From Lama guanicoe (taxonomy: Eukaryota): DNA of 64,000 nucleotides. The stretch lies in NCBI GenBank assembly GCA_013239625.1, contig MU054662.1, forward strand, positions 14,311,798 through 14,375,797, read 5' to 3'. Position numbers and translations under genes: made by a program. Numbering within the stretch: position 1 is the first letter of the stretch; every line of letters starts with the position of its first letter. Shown here one piece after another: positions 1 through 11,460 of this stretch. Below the pieces are notes generated by a model. It saw only the letters and a program-made list of their open reading frames with translations, was not told the DNA's origin and searched no databases.

Positions 1-3000
1 GGAACTGACTTCCTCTCCACCCCTACGAGGCACCAGGTCCGAGCCAGGCATGTGGCACAAGTCCATTTAATGCCCACCTGGCAGAGGTACCACCATCTCC
101 ACCGCCCAGGTGAGCAAACCGGCTAGGCCGCACCCTCAGCAGCGGATGGGGCAGGTTCCGGCTGCCGTGGCCCCCTCTGCACGCTCACTGCGCCCGCCGG
201 CGGCCACAGGCCCAGCACGGGGTGGGGGGGGCCCACACTGACCCAAGAAGCAGCCCCTTCCCTTTCCTGGCTGAGTCGGGGGCCAGTCCCCCACACGGCA
301 CACTCTGCACAGCCAGAGCCCCGCAGCCTGGAACCCAAGAGGGACACAGGGACGGCCTGTTTCAGAAGGCAGCCGGCTGGCCGGCTCTGGCTGGGTCCCG
401 TGGCAGCGGTGGGCAGGCAGGCCCACGGGGGAGCAGCCTCCCTGCTGTGAGTACAAGCCCTTACGGAGCCTCCTCCTTCCCTCCCCACCCCCCAGCCTCT
501 GGGCACCAGACTCCCAAACCACAGGCCTGTTGTCTAATAATACCAGCGACAGCCACCGCCACCTCCATCTGCCAGCCTAAAAATAATCCCCGCTGAGTCC
601 AAAAAAGGCACAGCCCCCGAGTTCCCCATCCTCTCCCTGGCAAGCCAGGGGGTTCCAGGAGACTCCAGGGAGCCCACGCCCACGGACACCCCCACCCCCA
701 CCCGGGAGGCGCAGACCCAGAGGGGTGCGGAGGGAGTGGAGGGCAGGCCCCGAGCCCTCGTCCACAGCGGAGTGTGAGAAGGAGACACAGCCCAGCCTGT
801 CCACAGCGGGCCGCACCCTGGCTCTCCTTTCAGAAGACAGGTGGGTCAGAGGTCACCCGGCATTCTGCCTCCAGCCAGCCCACACCCAGCCTAGGCTGGT
901 CCTCAGGAAAGTCCCCACCTTCCTCCGTCTCCCCATCAAACCCTTCTGGGCCAGAAGTCAGAGGTCCGGTGAGCAGGGAAACAACAGCCCGGCCCTGGGG
1001 GAGGGTGTGGAACCACGAGGCCCTCCTCTGTGGGCCCCTCTGCTCCCTGACCCTCCAGGCCCAGCAGCCCACGAGGCAGAGGCAGCAATGCCATTAGCAA
1101 CCTTAATTTGCTCTCGGCTAGATTGTGTTTCCAACAGCCCTTTCCCCAGGAGCCGCTGGCAGGAAGCAGCCAGTAATTCAACCTCCGCTCTGCTCGGCAG
1201 AAAGGCAGAGCCTCACCCACCCTGCCCACCACCTGGGCGCAGGCCTGGACCCTGTGTCCCAGCGCGTGCGAGTGCAGTGGGGTGGGGGTGGGGCGCAGAT
1301 AAGGTACCAGAGAGACAGAAGCCAGTAGGGGATCGAAGCATGTGTTTACTCAGAGTGGGGCCTCGGGAATGAGGGCAGTGGCTCACCTCACGGGGCGGGA
1401 CACGTGCTGAGGGGACCTCCGAGTCCCCGCTCTCCTCAGGAGGACAGGCAGGCTGGCTGGCACCTTGCGCAAAGCCCTGGCCCACAGAGAACTGTTCTCC
1501 ACAACCCTTCCAGGGCCCCACCTCTGCTCGCCGTCTCCTGCTCGTTCACGCGCAAGAGGACAGAAGAGCAGGAAGACTCCTAAGGAAAGTAGGTCAGCAG
1601 CCTCGGGCAGCGCCCGGCGGGCCAGGCGACAGCCGCCTCGGCACCCCGGCACCCTCTCCCACCTCCCCAGGGACCCGGCCCTTCCCCACTCAGGAGTCTG
1701 GGCTGACGGACAGCCGTGGCCGGAGCCCACCTCGGCGACGCAGACCTGTCTTCTGCATCCTTGGGCCTCTGCCTGTGTGTGCATGCCCCTCATGGAGGCC
1801 TTCTCTCAGGGAACCCAGATGCCCTTCCACTCGTGCCCTGGCCTCAGTCTGCAACTTTGGGAGCTTAGGTGCTGCCCAGGCTCAGATACAGAGCAGGGCA
1901 CAGGGAAAGCCAGGCGTCTGCTCCAAGTCTAGTCTCATTGCCACCCACGGCCCTCAGCACTCGGACCGGGGTGATGCCCCACCTCGAGCTGGAGACTCAG
2001 GGTCCCCCGTCTGCTGCATTCACGTGCACATGCAAACACATGCATGCACACACGCACACACATGTACAGGCGTGTGCTGGCCCCTCCAGCACCTCGCACC
2101 AGAGACAGCTCTTTCCACAAGTCAGACCCATTCTCCACACAAGCTGCTCTACCCAAGCTGGTCTCCCTGAGACCCTGGGTGCAGCCTGGGATGTGCAGGG
2201 CAGACGGAGACCTTCAGGGATAAGAGACAGCAACCGGCCTCAGGCCTGACTCCCTCTGGAGCCCGTGTCCCCCCTCAGTGCTCAGCCCACGAGCCTGTGA
2301 GGGCAGCGCCTCCCAGGCCTGAGGAGGGTAGATCTGAGGGAGGAGAGGAGCAGAGCCTTGCCCTGACTGGGGGCAGGGGCGCGCAGAGGGAAGACCAGCA
2401 GGGCTCAGAGCCAGGACAGGGGGCATCAGAGCCCTGCAGGCTTGCAGTATCTCCCTCCCAGGCAGCCTTGGCTCCTCGGGAACCAGACCCCAGCTTCCTG
2501 TCTCAGAGCCGCAGATGTGAAACCACGGGCCTCGGGACCTGGCAGCTCCCAGCCCAGCACCCGCTGTGCCTGGGGCCAGCCACTGGAAGCTGCTTTCTCC
2601 CACACACCCCCCTCACCTCTCCCGGGTGGGCGTGTGCTGCCTCCGGCGGGTGTGTTGGGGACACACAGGTGCCCCTTGGCCACCGCTGGGCCAAGTTCTT
2701 CCCAGCTGAGAGGCTGCCTGCGGTCTCCCCAGCAACCTCCAGGCCTAAACCTCCTCCCTCCCGTCATCACTGCCAAAGGGAAGGAGGGAGGCTCGCGGCC
2801 AGGCAGAGAGTAGAGGGCACTGGTCCAGCTACCAGCAGGACTGGAGTCAGAACCCTACTTCACCAGAGGACACTGGGGCCTGCGACAATCCAGGTACAAA
2901 ATCTGTGGTCTACAGGAGGCCCAGGGTCCTCCCCAGACTGTTCAGCAAACGTCTGGGATCACTGCCTCCTAGGCTCTCCTGCACGCACACCCTCCCAACC

Positions 3001-3539
3001 GCTCTACCACCCCCGGACACAAGTGTTTAAAGCCCACCTCTCCCTCTGTCCCAACGCTTCATCCCTCTGCTGGAGCAGCCCCTGCTCAGCCAAACCCCAA
3101 TTCCGGCATCGCAAAGTCCCTCCCCTCAGGAATCTCCCGGAAGTCACCTCTGCCAGGCGGAGAACAGCTGAGCTCTCACTCCAAGCAGCAGTGTCCGAAC
3201 GTGGCTGGCGCTTCTCCTGTGAGCAGGCAGCCTGTACCCCGCCTTCGGAGACTGCAGTTTGGCTGCTAGTCTCCTGGGTTCCCTGCATCCTTCCCACAAG
3301 GGAAGCCACTGACAACGCTCGGGTGTCACAGACCTTTCCAAGGATTTCCAAGCAGCCAGCACCCTGGGCAAGGTCAGCTCATGAAAGCAAACTTGGTTCC
3401 CCACACAGGTAACCATCTGAACGTTCCCCCAAGGCATTCCCAGCCCCCAGTGCCCTGACCGGCCCAAGGGAAAGAAACTGGGAAGGGGCCTGGAACTCCC
3501 CAAACAGTGAAACCACCACCATCATGTTAGCAGTTGTCG

Positions 3540-3730
3540 AGCTCTCACTACAGAACCCCTTTCTTTACAGCACTAATACTCACAAAAAACCCTACAAGCT
3601 ATTAACCCCCAATGAGGCAAGTGACAATCCGAGAGGCTAAACAGCATGTCCAAGGTCACAGGCCAGCAAGTGGCAGAGCCAGGACCTGAGTCCAGTCATG
3701 TGACTGGACTCAGGTCCTTCACCACCACAC
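3540..3730 (-). mobile_element. MIR SINE fragment
   Basis: GAGAGGCTAAACAGCATGTCCAAGGTCACAGGCCAGCAAGTGGCAGAGCCAGGA resembles the antisense MIR core. Confidence 0.75.
3681..3718. repeat. Perfect 18-bp inverted repeat with a 2-nt spacer
   Basis: AGGACCTGAGTCCAGTCA-TG-TGACTGGACTCAGGTCCT; the arms are exact reverse complements. Confidence 0.95.
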
Positions 3731-5463
3731 ACAGAGCCCCTTCGGGCTACAAAGACCCCTAAGACCCACAGGGGTGGCAGGCAGAGGTTCACGGCAAGCC
3801 ACCCAGACAGAAGGGCTCCTCATACCCAGAAAGAAGGCATTCCCTTCGATGCTGGGAAGTCCTTCCTCTGCCTGGACCTTTCGTGAGCTGCTGTAACATA
3901 CACCCATTTCCTTTATTCTGCTCTTAAACTTGCAGAAAGACAATTCGCCTCACCCTGACTTCTCAGGTCTGGGGGCCACTTCAGAGCCTCCCTTCAGTGT
4001 CTCTTCTTTATTCAAAGATCCCAGCACATCCCTTTGTGCTTCCAGCGACAGTCCCATAGCAGGAACATACCAAAAACTGGAGGGGAGGAAGATGAGGGCA
4101 TTGGAAGACTACAAGGGAACAGAGGAAGGGGGAGGCTGCGGCTGGAGGCAGATTCTCCAGCACAACTCAGCCCAGTGCACACCCACCCCCACTCCCCCAG
4201 CTTCTGTGGCCACTCTGATCTCAGTTTCTCCATCTGATGGAGAGTTTTTAAACCACCTAGGTGACGTACCATTTAACAAAATCACCCTTCCCTTCACCTT
4301 CCTCTGGTTCTGTTTTCACGACCCTCAGATGGCAGGGAGACTATTCCATTCCAGAAACTTTCCAAAATCACTTCCTCTCCCCCTACACAGCCCCAGACAA
4401 GGTGAGGCGAGGACCCTTCTGAGCCAGCGCCGCTGGGAGCGGGTTCTCTCCCTGCGGGTCCTCCCTGCTGACGTCCACCACGAGCGGTTCTCCCCGGAAG
4501 CCATCCCTCGCGGCCTCGTGAACCTGCCGCAGCTGAGCCGTGTCTGCGCGCTGAGAACCGTGAGCTCAGGGTCCTGGCACCTCCAGGCTCCGCTCCTACT
4601 TCCATACAAGGGCCGAGCCAGGGTGCCACACAGAGGCGTGCAGGTCGCCGTGCCGTCTCCAAAGCAAAAGCCCGCGCGCTCACGCGCGCATCACCCAACT
4701 CGCTGGTTTCCCTCTTGCCTCTTTCCCAGCTCAGACCGAGAGAATGGAAAGAGCAACACCTCCTTCGGGCCCGAGACGCGGCAAGGGGGAGCCTCTCCTC
4801 CGCCCTCGCCCCGGGCCAGCTATGCCGCGTGGCCCGAGGGCAAGTGGGGCCGGCGCGGCTGCGGCACGCTCCCGAGGAAGTTTTGCCGGCCGGGCTCAGG
4901 TGCGGCGGAGACTGGCGCGGGCAGGGCGGGCCGAGGGACCCCGCGCTGAACCAGCTCTTCTCGCGCGCGCCGCCGCCCTGCGAGGGGGATCCGACCTCCA
5001 GCTGCCAAGATGTGTGGTCCAGGGGGACGCGAGCTGGAGCCGGAAGCCCCGACCGCGAGCCGCGGTTGCCGAGCCCCGCACGGACTCGCCTGCGGAGCGG
5101 TGGCGCTCCGCGGGGCTCCAGCGTGCTACAGCCGCCCGAAGACCCGCAAACTCCCCGGCGGCAGAGTTACGAAAGCCGCCGCCTCCCCAGCGCAGGAGGC
5201 GGCAGCTGCGCCCGCGAAGGGCTCCGGGCGCGGCACCCTGCGCCAAGCCCCGGGGCCGAAGGTGGGCGAAGTGGCCCGGATCCCGAGGCGTCCTTTCCAG
5301 AGCGCCGGCAACCCGGGCTCAGGCCCTCCCAGCCGGCTGCGACCGCGGCCCCCGCCCTCCCCGCGACGTCCGCAGCGCGCAGCCGGGAAGGCGCGGGCTC
5401 GGCGGGAGGACGGAGCCGGGAGCGCCGGGAGGCGCAGGGGAGGGACGCTGCACTTCAACTCAC

Positions 5464-5527
5464 CTTGAGCCGCAAGACCTCGGGCGCTGATCACACTTGC
5501 TATCAAAGTGGCCACATACCAAATCAT
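5464..5527 (-). CDS. IGSF9B: IGSF9B (immunoglobulin superfamily member 9B / protein turtle homolog B), first coding exon encoding the signal peptide; the gene continues off the left edge of the window
   Basis: Minus strand reads ATG ATT TGG TAT GTG GCC ACT TTG ATA GCA AGT GTG ATC AGC GCC CGA GGT CTT GCG GCT CAA G|GTGAGT = MIWYVATLIASVISARGLAAQ(G). This closely matches the mammalian IGSF9B N-terminus as I recall it (MIWYVATFIASVIGTRGLAAEG). It is 64 nt with a canonical phase-1 donor at 5463-5458, inside a CpG island. Confidence 0.95.
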
Positions 5528-5531
5528 AGTA

Positions 5532-5558
5532 CTACCGCGCGCCAGCCAGGAGCCTCAT
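5532..5558 (-). other. Upstream ORF (MRLLAGAR*) in the IGSF9B 5' UTR
   Basis: AGG ATG AGG CTC CTG GCT GGC GCG CGG TAG TACT ATG: the uORF stops 4 nt before the main ATG. Confidence 0.75.
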
Positions 5559-5606
5559 CCTATCGCAAAGTGCCCCGCGCCGCCTACGCCCCGCGCCGGT
5601 GCTTCC

Positions 5607-5635
5607 GCGGCTCCTGCGGCTCCTGCGGCTCCTGC
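5607..5635. repeat. 9-bp tandem repeat (GCGGCTCCT)x3.2 in the 5' UTR
   Basis: Perfect units at 5607, 5616 and 5625. Confidence 0.9.
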
Positions 5636-5774
5636 AGTCCGGGCGGCCCGCTCCCCATCCCTCCGCGGCTCCGCTCGGCTCGGCGCACAGCCTCCCGCCC
5701 GGCGCAGCGGCACCTGCACTGGAGCCCGGGCGGAGCGCAGCCAGCGCCGCGGAGAAGCCCGGCCGCACCGCCCC

Positions 5775-5925
5775 GGGCCCGCCCCCGCCGCCCGCCCATT
5801 GGGCGCGGCCCGAGAGCCCGGGGGCCGATTGGCCGGGACGCCTGCCCGTCGCGGCGAGGGGGGCGAGCCCATTCAAGGTGCGTTGACGTGTGGCGAGCCC
5901 AGAGCCGCAGAGTCATGCGCATTGC
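5775..5925 (-). promoter_or_regulatory. IGSF9B proximal promoter: GC boxes, two CCAAT boxes, a CRE half-site and an NRF1-like site
   Basis: CCCGCCCCCGCCGCCCGCCC (~5778-5797); ATTGG at 5798-5802 and 5828-5832 (CCAAT on minus, 30 bp apart); TGACGTG at 5885-5891; CATGCGCA at ~5914-5921. No TATA box. Confidence 0.75.
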
Positions 5926-8659
5926 CGGGGAGAAGGCGCTGCCGCGTCTCCGCTGCGCGCGGCTCCCTGCTCCCGCTGCATTACAAGTTCTGGGGGAGGG
6001 AGTGTGGCCGCCGGGCTGGCTAGCGGGACCCCAGGGTCTCGGCTACCCTGCGGAACTGAGGGGACGACGGCCCCGCCCACCCCTAGAACCCGGCATCCGG
6101 TTTCATCCGGCAAAAAGCCGTCCCGGGAGACCAGTGCTGATTCAGGGATGGGGAAACCCGGGAACGGCAGCCTGGGGAAGCTGGGAACGTCCTTCGCTGG
6201 AGATCTTTTCAAAGAGGTCAAGCGCTGCCTCCACCCCGCCCCTCTTCCACACGCGGCCACTGCCCCCCCAACGCACCCCCTTCCACCCAAACGTGAGCTT
6301 AAGTTAAGCTCCATCCAGCCCGAAGGCAGGGGGATGACTAAAATGACCTCTAAAAGTCGCTAAGATTTGGGGTGAGTCATTGGCTCAGCTGCAGGGAGTG
6401 TCACAGACCCCCTCGGGAGCACACGTGTGCGCACTGCCACCCCCAGTGCGGGTCACGATCGCTCATCGGCACTAAATCTCAACTTTGAGCAGTGAAAGTG
6501 TTTTTTCTTCTCCTAAAAAGGCCGCCTCCTCAAGCACAAGTTTCCTCCCCCCACCTTCACCCCTCCCTGCCTGCCTCGGAGCCGGGCCCCACCTCTGCAG
6601 CTCAAAAGCAGGATGGATTTGGGGAGCAAGCAGTGTAGGGGTCTGGGGTGGAGCTACCCAGGGGAAGAGGAAGGTGGGCTTCTTATTGCTGCGGAAGAAG
6701 ACGAGGAGGAACTGGGAAGGTCTTGGAATTCCCAGCCCCTCCAGTCTAGCCTCTCCTCATCCCTTCCCCCAGTGCAGTTGTAGCTGCAGAAGAAATAAAC
6801 GAATGTCATGGAAACATCTACTACAGTCACCTCACACCAGCGTTCTGAGGCTGCAGTGAAGATGTTTGTTCTTTCAAGGAGTGAGAGCGGTGGTGACCGA
6901 GTGAGAGCGGTAGTGACCATGGCACAGCTCCCTCCCATGGGCTGTTGGCCAAGGCGGGAGGACAGAGGGCAGCAGAGGGGACTCAGGAATTTCACCCTCC
7001 AGAAACATTCACTGGGCACAAAGCACTGGCTCTGGGACAGGAATCTCCCCACCCCCACCCCCAAAAAAGAAAGAAAAGAAGGAGACTTGCTTCTGAGAAA
7101 ACACACACACACACCCCATGCATCAAGAGTGGCCTGAACCAGGGAGGAACAGCCTTCCCTGAAACACGAACCCACGAACACGCCAACTAGGGGATGGAAA
7201 GCTGGGATCCCCTGCGCCCCACAGACAGAGCAGCAAATGCACTGGTAGAGTTTTAGCCTCTGGGTGTAATCTGGAGGACAGGAACGCTTAAATGACCTCG
7301 TGCCCCGCCCATCCACTCCGGTCACCAGGCATAACTCAGGGTGCAGGAGCATCTCGCCCTGAGCCATCACTTCAAGGTCTCTCACTCTGCCAGGATACCT
7401 CTCTTGGGGATGTGAAGTGAGTTGGAAGCTCCAGGCCCCCATTGGTGGGCTGGTCCCCACTAGTATGTCCCAGAACAACAGCTCCACCCTCAACATAGAC
7501 GCGCACACATTTGCATACTTTCCGGGGATCCTGGGGCGCTCAGCCTTTCTGGGACCCTTGCAGAACTGGCCATCACGAGGTTCTCCTTCCAAAACCTCCT
7601 AGCAGCTAACCGGCCTGAAGGAAAATGCTCGATGCCCCCATCTGGAGCCCTTGTTAGGTGTAAACACGGCAGAGGAGGGGAGCACCTGTGCAGGAGGAAT
7701 GCTCCTCTGGAGGCCTTCAGGACCAGGAAGGGGGCCGCTCCCACTGCCAGGGCTGTAATGCTGGCCCCTGTGCTGTCCCACTTGGGGCAGTGGTTGGTGC
7801 GGTGGTTTCTGCCGGGGAGAGTTAACACTGCCAGGTTAGAAGGGAAAAAAACACACAAAGAGCTTAAGAGCATGAGTTGGGTTCGGAAGGGGTTCAAAAG
7901 AGTGATCTAAAAAGGAGACTCATTTCTTCCAGAAAAGTCTATGGGAAATGCAGTGGAAAGGAAAAAAACTGGAGATACGAAGGGAAAAGCAGTAACACCA
8001 TCAGACATGTCTCAGTTTGGTTTCACAGCAGCTGAAAGGAGACATACGGTATTGGGTCATCGTGAGGAACGAGACCCGTTAAGTCTTCCCCTCTTGGCAT
8101 ATGGCCACCTCTGGACCCAGGAAGGATGGCAGCCCCTTCCGGTCATGGACACATCCAGTGACATCTCCAAAACAGGCATGGACCTCACCTGTCCCAGAGG
8201 GGGAAGAAGGGGAGCCCATCCCGGGAGCCGCTCCCAGGGTACCTGACTGGTCGTCACCGGCTCTAGTAAGTGCAGGTGTATGCGTCAGCAAGGGTGTATG
8301 TGTCGTCCCTCTTGCTTTTTGAAAATACAGAATCCTAGTCTTGCCGGTCACTCCATGTAAAAGCACATCTAGCCACCCACCCTGGACCCCTGGAGGACCA
8401 GGGCTGGCAGAGCCTTCGAGTCGAGGAGGAGAGGAGACAGAGACTTACGCCCGCCTCATACCCACTGAGAGGCGGGACTCAGAGCCAGTAGTTCACGCTC
8501 TGCCACTTCCACCTTCCCCGGAGGTCCAGACCTCTTTGTAGAATCCAGGCTGGGACAGTCGTCGGAACAGCTGCTTATGAGGAAGAGAGCAGCTCCAGGT
8601 CGAAGCAGCCTATCCGCATGGGCACCAAAGAGGGGGTTCAGTGTTTCTGTAATTAGGGA

Positions 8660-9140
8660 GCCTTGTTCGTTATCCTGCAGTATAAACAACCCAGAACAGG
8701 GTGACTTAAACAGTCATTTACCTGCTCACAGATCTGTGACCTGGGCCGGGGCTGGTGGGGACAGAGCGTGTCTAATTCATGTGACATCTGGCCAGCTGGG
8801 GGTGGGCACTGTGCCTTGGGGATGGCTCACTCACACGGCCAGCAAGCGCCGCTGGCCGTGAGAACTGGAGCTCCTCTCCATGTGGCTTCTCCGCAGGAGG
8901 CTCGGGCTTCCTCCCAGCATGGTGGCGGGGTTCCAAGAGCATCGCCACAGAACGTGGAGGAAGGCATGCCCCCCTTTGTGTCCGAGCCCCGGTAGGCACG
9001 TAGCAGCACTTCCACCAGAGCCAGAGCGCTGCCCAGATTCCAAGGCAGAGAACAGAGACCCCCACCTCTCAGCGGGAGCCGTGTCCGCTTGGAGGACGGG
9101 AGGCGATGTTGCAGCCATTGTGGGATGACACGATGTACCA
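8660..9140 (-). mobile_element. MLT1-family (ERVL-MaLR) solo LTR
   Basis: Starts ...ATAAACAACCCAGAACAGGGTGACTTAAACAGTCATTTACCTGCTCACAGATCTG; contains GATGGCTCACTCACACGGC, CTCCTCTCCATGTGGC and GGGCTTCCTCCCAGCATGGTGGC, typical of antisense MLT1. Confidence 0.7.
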
Positions 9141-9627
9141 CGAAAACAGTCTCCAAACTCTAGGCAGAAAGTGAACTCTAGAGGAGAGCCCCGGAAAGAC
9201 AGGGCTTGTAGCCCGATGGCATCTGGGTCCTAGGCACGCGGCTGCCGCCCCTGGTCCCAGGCACCCAGGGATGTGGGCGCACACGTTACACGCCTAGCCC
9301 GTTTGTGAAGCAAATCCTTTCACCCTGTTTTCTCTCGTTGTGCCAGAGACCAGTCAGCATGTTTTAAAGGAACTTGGAAAGAGAGAAGAAAATAAACAAA
9401 GGAAATTGGATTTCCAAAGTATAAGTATCTCATCTTAAAATCTCATGCAGGAGAAGTGAAGGAAAGCCGTGCAGGATTCTAAATCTTCTTATCGGGAGAA
9501 TGTTCCATCTCAGCTCAAAATGCTCACAGAGCTTCGCAGGCACCTTGCCGTCCCGGTCAGATGTCTTCTGGGCCTGAAGAGCCATTGTAACAGTGCACTT
9601 TGCCCAAAAATAAATCCCTGGAGACTT

Positions 9628-9708
9628 GTTTTTGTATATGTAATTTTTTTATTGACGTGCAGGCAGTTTACAATGTTGTGTCGGCCTTCGGTGCTTCAGT
9701 CATACATG
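9628..9708 (-). mobile_element. Severely 5'-truncated L1 3' tail with a probable target-site duplication
   Basis: TTTTTTTATTGACGTGCAGGCAGTTTACAATGTTGTGTC...GCTTCAGTCATACATG, flanked by CTGGAGACTT (9618-9627) and CTGAAGACTT (9709-9718). Confidence 0.6.
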
Positions 9709-10929
9709 CTGAAGACTTCTCTTATGAAAACTCAAACCTTGTTATGATTCAAATTTCCCAGCACATCCAGTGTTCCCCTACTCGGTCACGGTTTCCCCCA
9801 CAGGCTGTGTCTTGGTGACACGGTGGTGGTACCTGGCCTGGAGATGGAGGGTGATTTTACGACAGCGCCTCCAGATGACTCCGCAAGCCTGGGAGAGGGT
9901 CCGCCAGGACCCTACCATCTCCAAGCACGACACTGCTGCACAGCGCACGGCCAGCCCATGCGTGCAGGGTGGATGGTGACCGTCGCCCACAGCCGGGCCA
10001 TGTGTCTGCAGAGCAGAATCCTCTCGTGCTGAGCCTTACATCAGAGTTCTTAAAGACATGTTGAGGCATCTTTCATAGAAATCAATTGATAAGCCAGTTC
10101 TTGGAATTTTAACCAAACTGTATTCATTTCTTGTCTGGCTGGAAAGGGAACACAATCTTGCCCAAGAGACCGTGGGCCCACGATGTAGGATGATTTTGTC
10201 TGAAAACCAGATGCCAGCCCCCAGCCTTACCAACCCCCCTCCTTCTTCTTGGCTTTCCCAGCCAGCTCTGAACAATCTCAAACAAGACACGTTCCGTGGT
10301 TTTGTGGCTTAGTCCAAGAACACAGAAAAGAGGTCCCTGCTTTGCATCAGATCCACCCTGCAGCGCTCAGGAGCCCGGATGACAGCCGTCCCTGTGAAGT
10401 GCCTGCAGGAACACACAGCCTCCCCTCCTCAGAAACCCCTCATCCCTCACAAGGAAATGTGACTCACGGGACCCCTAGGACTGACCCCCCCTGCGTCGGC
10501 CCTGCCTGCCCAGGGCCTGAGGTCCAGTAACGAGGCACCAGAGCAGAGGGACAGCTGCAGTCCCACTCGCACACTTGGCTTTCAGGACAGCCAGGAGCCA
10601 GGCCCTGCTGAGCCCACCTAGCAAGGTGGGGGTCTGGGTCATACTCTGTCCACCTATAGACAGGACAGTGGGCAGCAGTGGAATGAAGGTCTGCAGGGGA
10701 GGAATCTGAAGGTTTTCACAGCCAGGCCTCTGCCTCAGACTCTCCGGCGGCCTCGCGCAGCAGCCGGGTTCTGTGCCCCTCCTGGGTCGTGCAGGAGGGA
10801 ACTGGACCTGGCTCGCCCCAGAGACTGCTGATAACCAGGCATTCCAGTACCGCGTAGATGCTTCTGCAGAGCCACGCGGAGTCATGGCTTCCACTGACAT
10901 CGGCGAAAGGCTGATGTGGGCAGAGGACG

Positions 10930-11460
10930 AGGCAGTTATGGGGAACCAGCCTGAGAACAAGTCCGTCTGGAGAGGAGAAAACAGAGAGTCAAGGACCTGA
11001 GCTCAGGAGGCCCCGGAAGAAGGCTTCTCCAGTAACAAGCAGCCACTGAGCACCTTTGAGGAGGAGGGCAGAAGAGGGACGGGCCACCAGCTGTCCCCAG
11101 AGCTTAGCGTCCAGTGGGAGGATCAGGCCGAGCACTTGAGGGACACTTGGCAAACCCTGTCGACGGGGGGCCTGGGAGAGGCCGTGGCCCAGGCTCGAGC
11201 CTGCAGAAGCCGAGTGGTGGGAGTGAGGAGTGGGCTTGACCAGCGACAGACAGGCCCTGTGGGACAGGCGGTGCTGGGCTGCCTCGCTCCCTGCCATCCG
11301 GACCCCGCGCCTGCCGGGCGGTGGGTGTTCAGTGGGGGTGACGAGGTGACAGCGGGCATGTCCGTGACCCAGGGACAGCGGGGGCCGCACTGGGGGATGG
11401 GGTCTCCCCGGGAAGGCAAGGAGGAGGAGCAGGCAGGTAGGAGTGACAGTGTGCACCTGG
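10930..11460 (-). mobile_element. Degenerate L2 LINE body fragment
   Basis: Purine-rich GAGAGGAGAAAACAGAGAGTCAAGGACCTGAGCTC and GGGAGTGAGGAGTGG motifs resemble antisense L2. Confidence 0.35.

Larger units (their letters stand above)
1..5463 (-). other. IGSF9B: IGSF9B intron 1 (partial)
   Basis: Begins GTGAGT on the minus strand at 5463. No Ig-domain exon 2 peptide (AHGLREEPEFVTAR-like) was found in 1-5463. Confidence 0.85.
5528..5760 (-). other. IGSF9B: IGSF9B 5' UTR portion of exon 1 (TSS position approximate)
   Basis: GC-rich sequence between the ATG and the GC-box/CCAAT cluster that starts at ~5775. The TSS is inferred, not observed. Confidence 0.6.
4420..6250. promoter_or_regulatory. 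CpG island spanning the IGSF9B promoter, exon 1 and the start of intron 1
   Basis: Very high GC with dense CpG (CGCG and GCGC runs) throughout; boundaries by eye. Confidence 0.9.

Noticed and set aside
2297-4949. 371-aa and 339-aa plus-strand ORFs in intron 1
   Set aside because: No recognisable domain, non-ATG starts, composition typical of GC-rich non-coding DNA.
5126-5463. Continuation of the 133-aa ORF beyond the IGSF9B signal peptide
   Set aside because: Read-through into intron 1 past the GTGAGT donor; IGSF9B similarity ends at the splice site.
4715-6307. 530-aa plus-strand ORF and other overlapping ORFs across the CpG island
   Set aside because: Arg/Pro/Ala/Gly-rich low-complexity translation, starts at a non-ATG codon, antisense to IGSF9B; expected from stop-codon scarcity in very GC-rich DNA.
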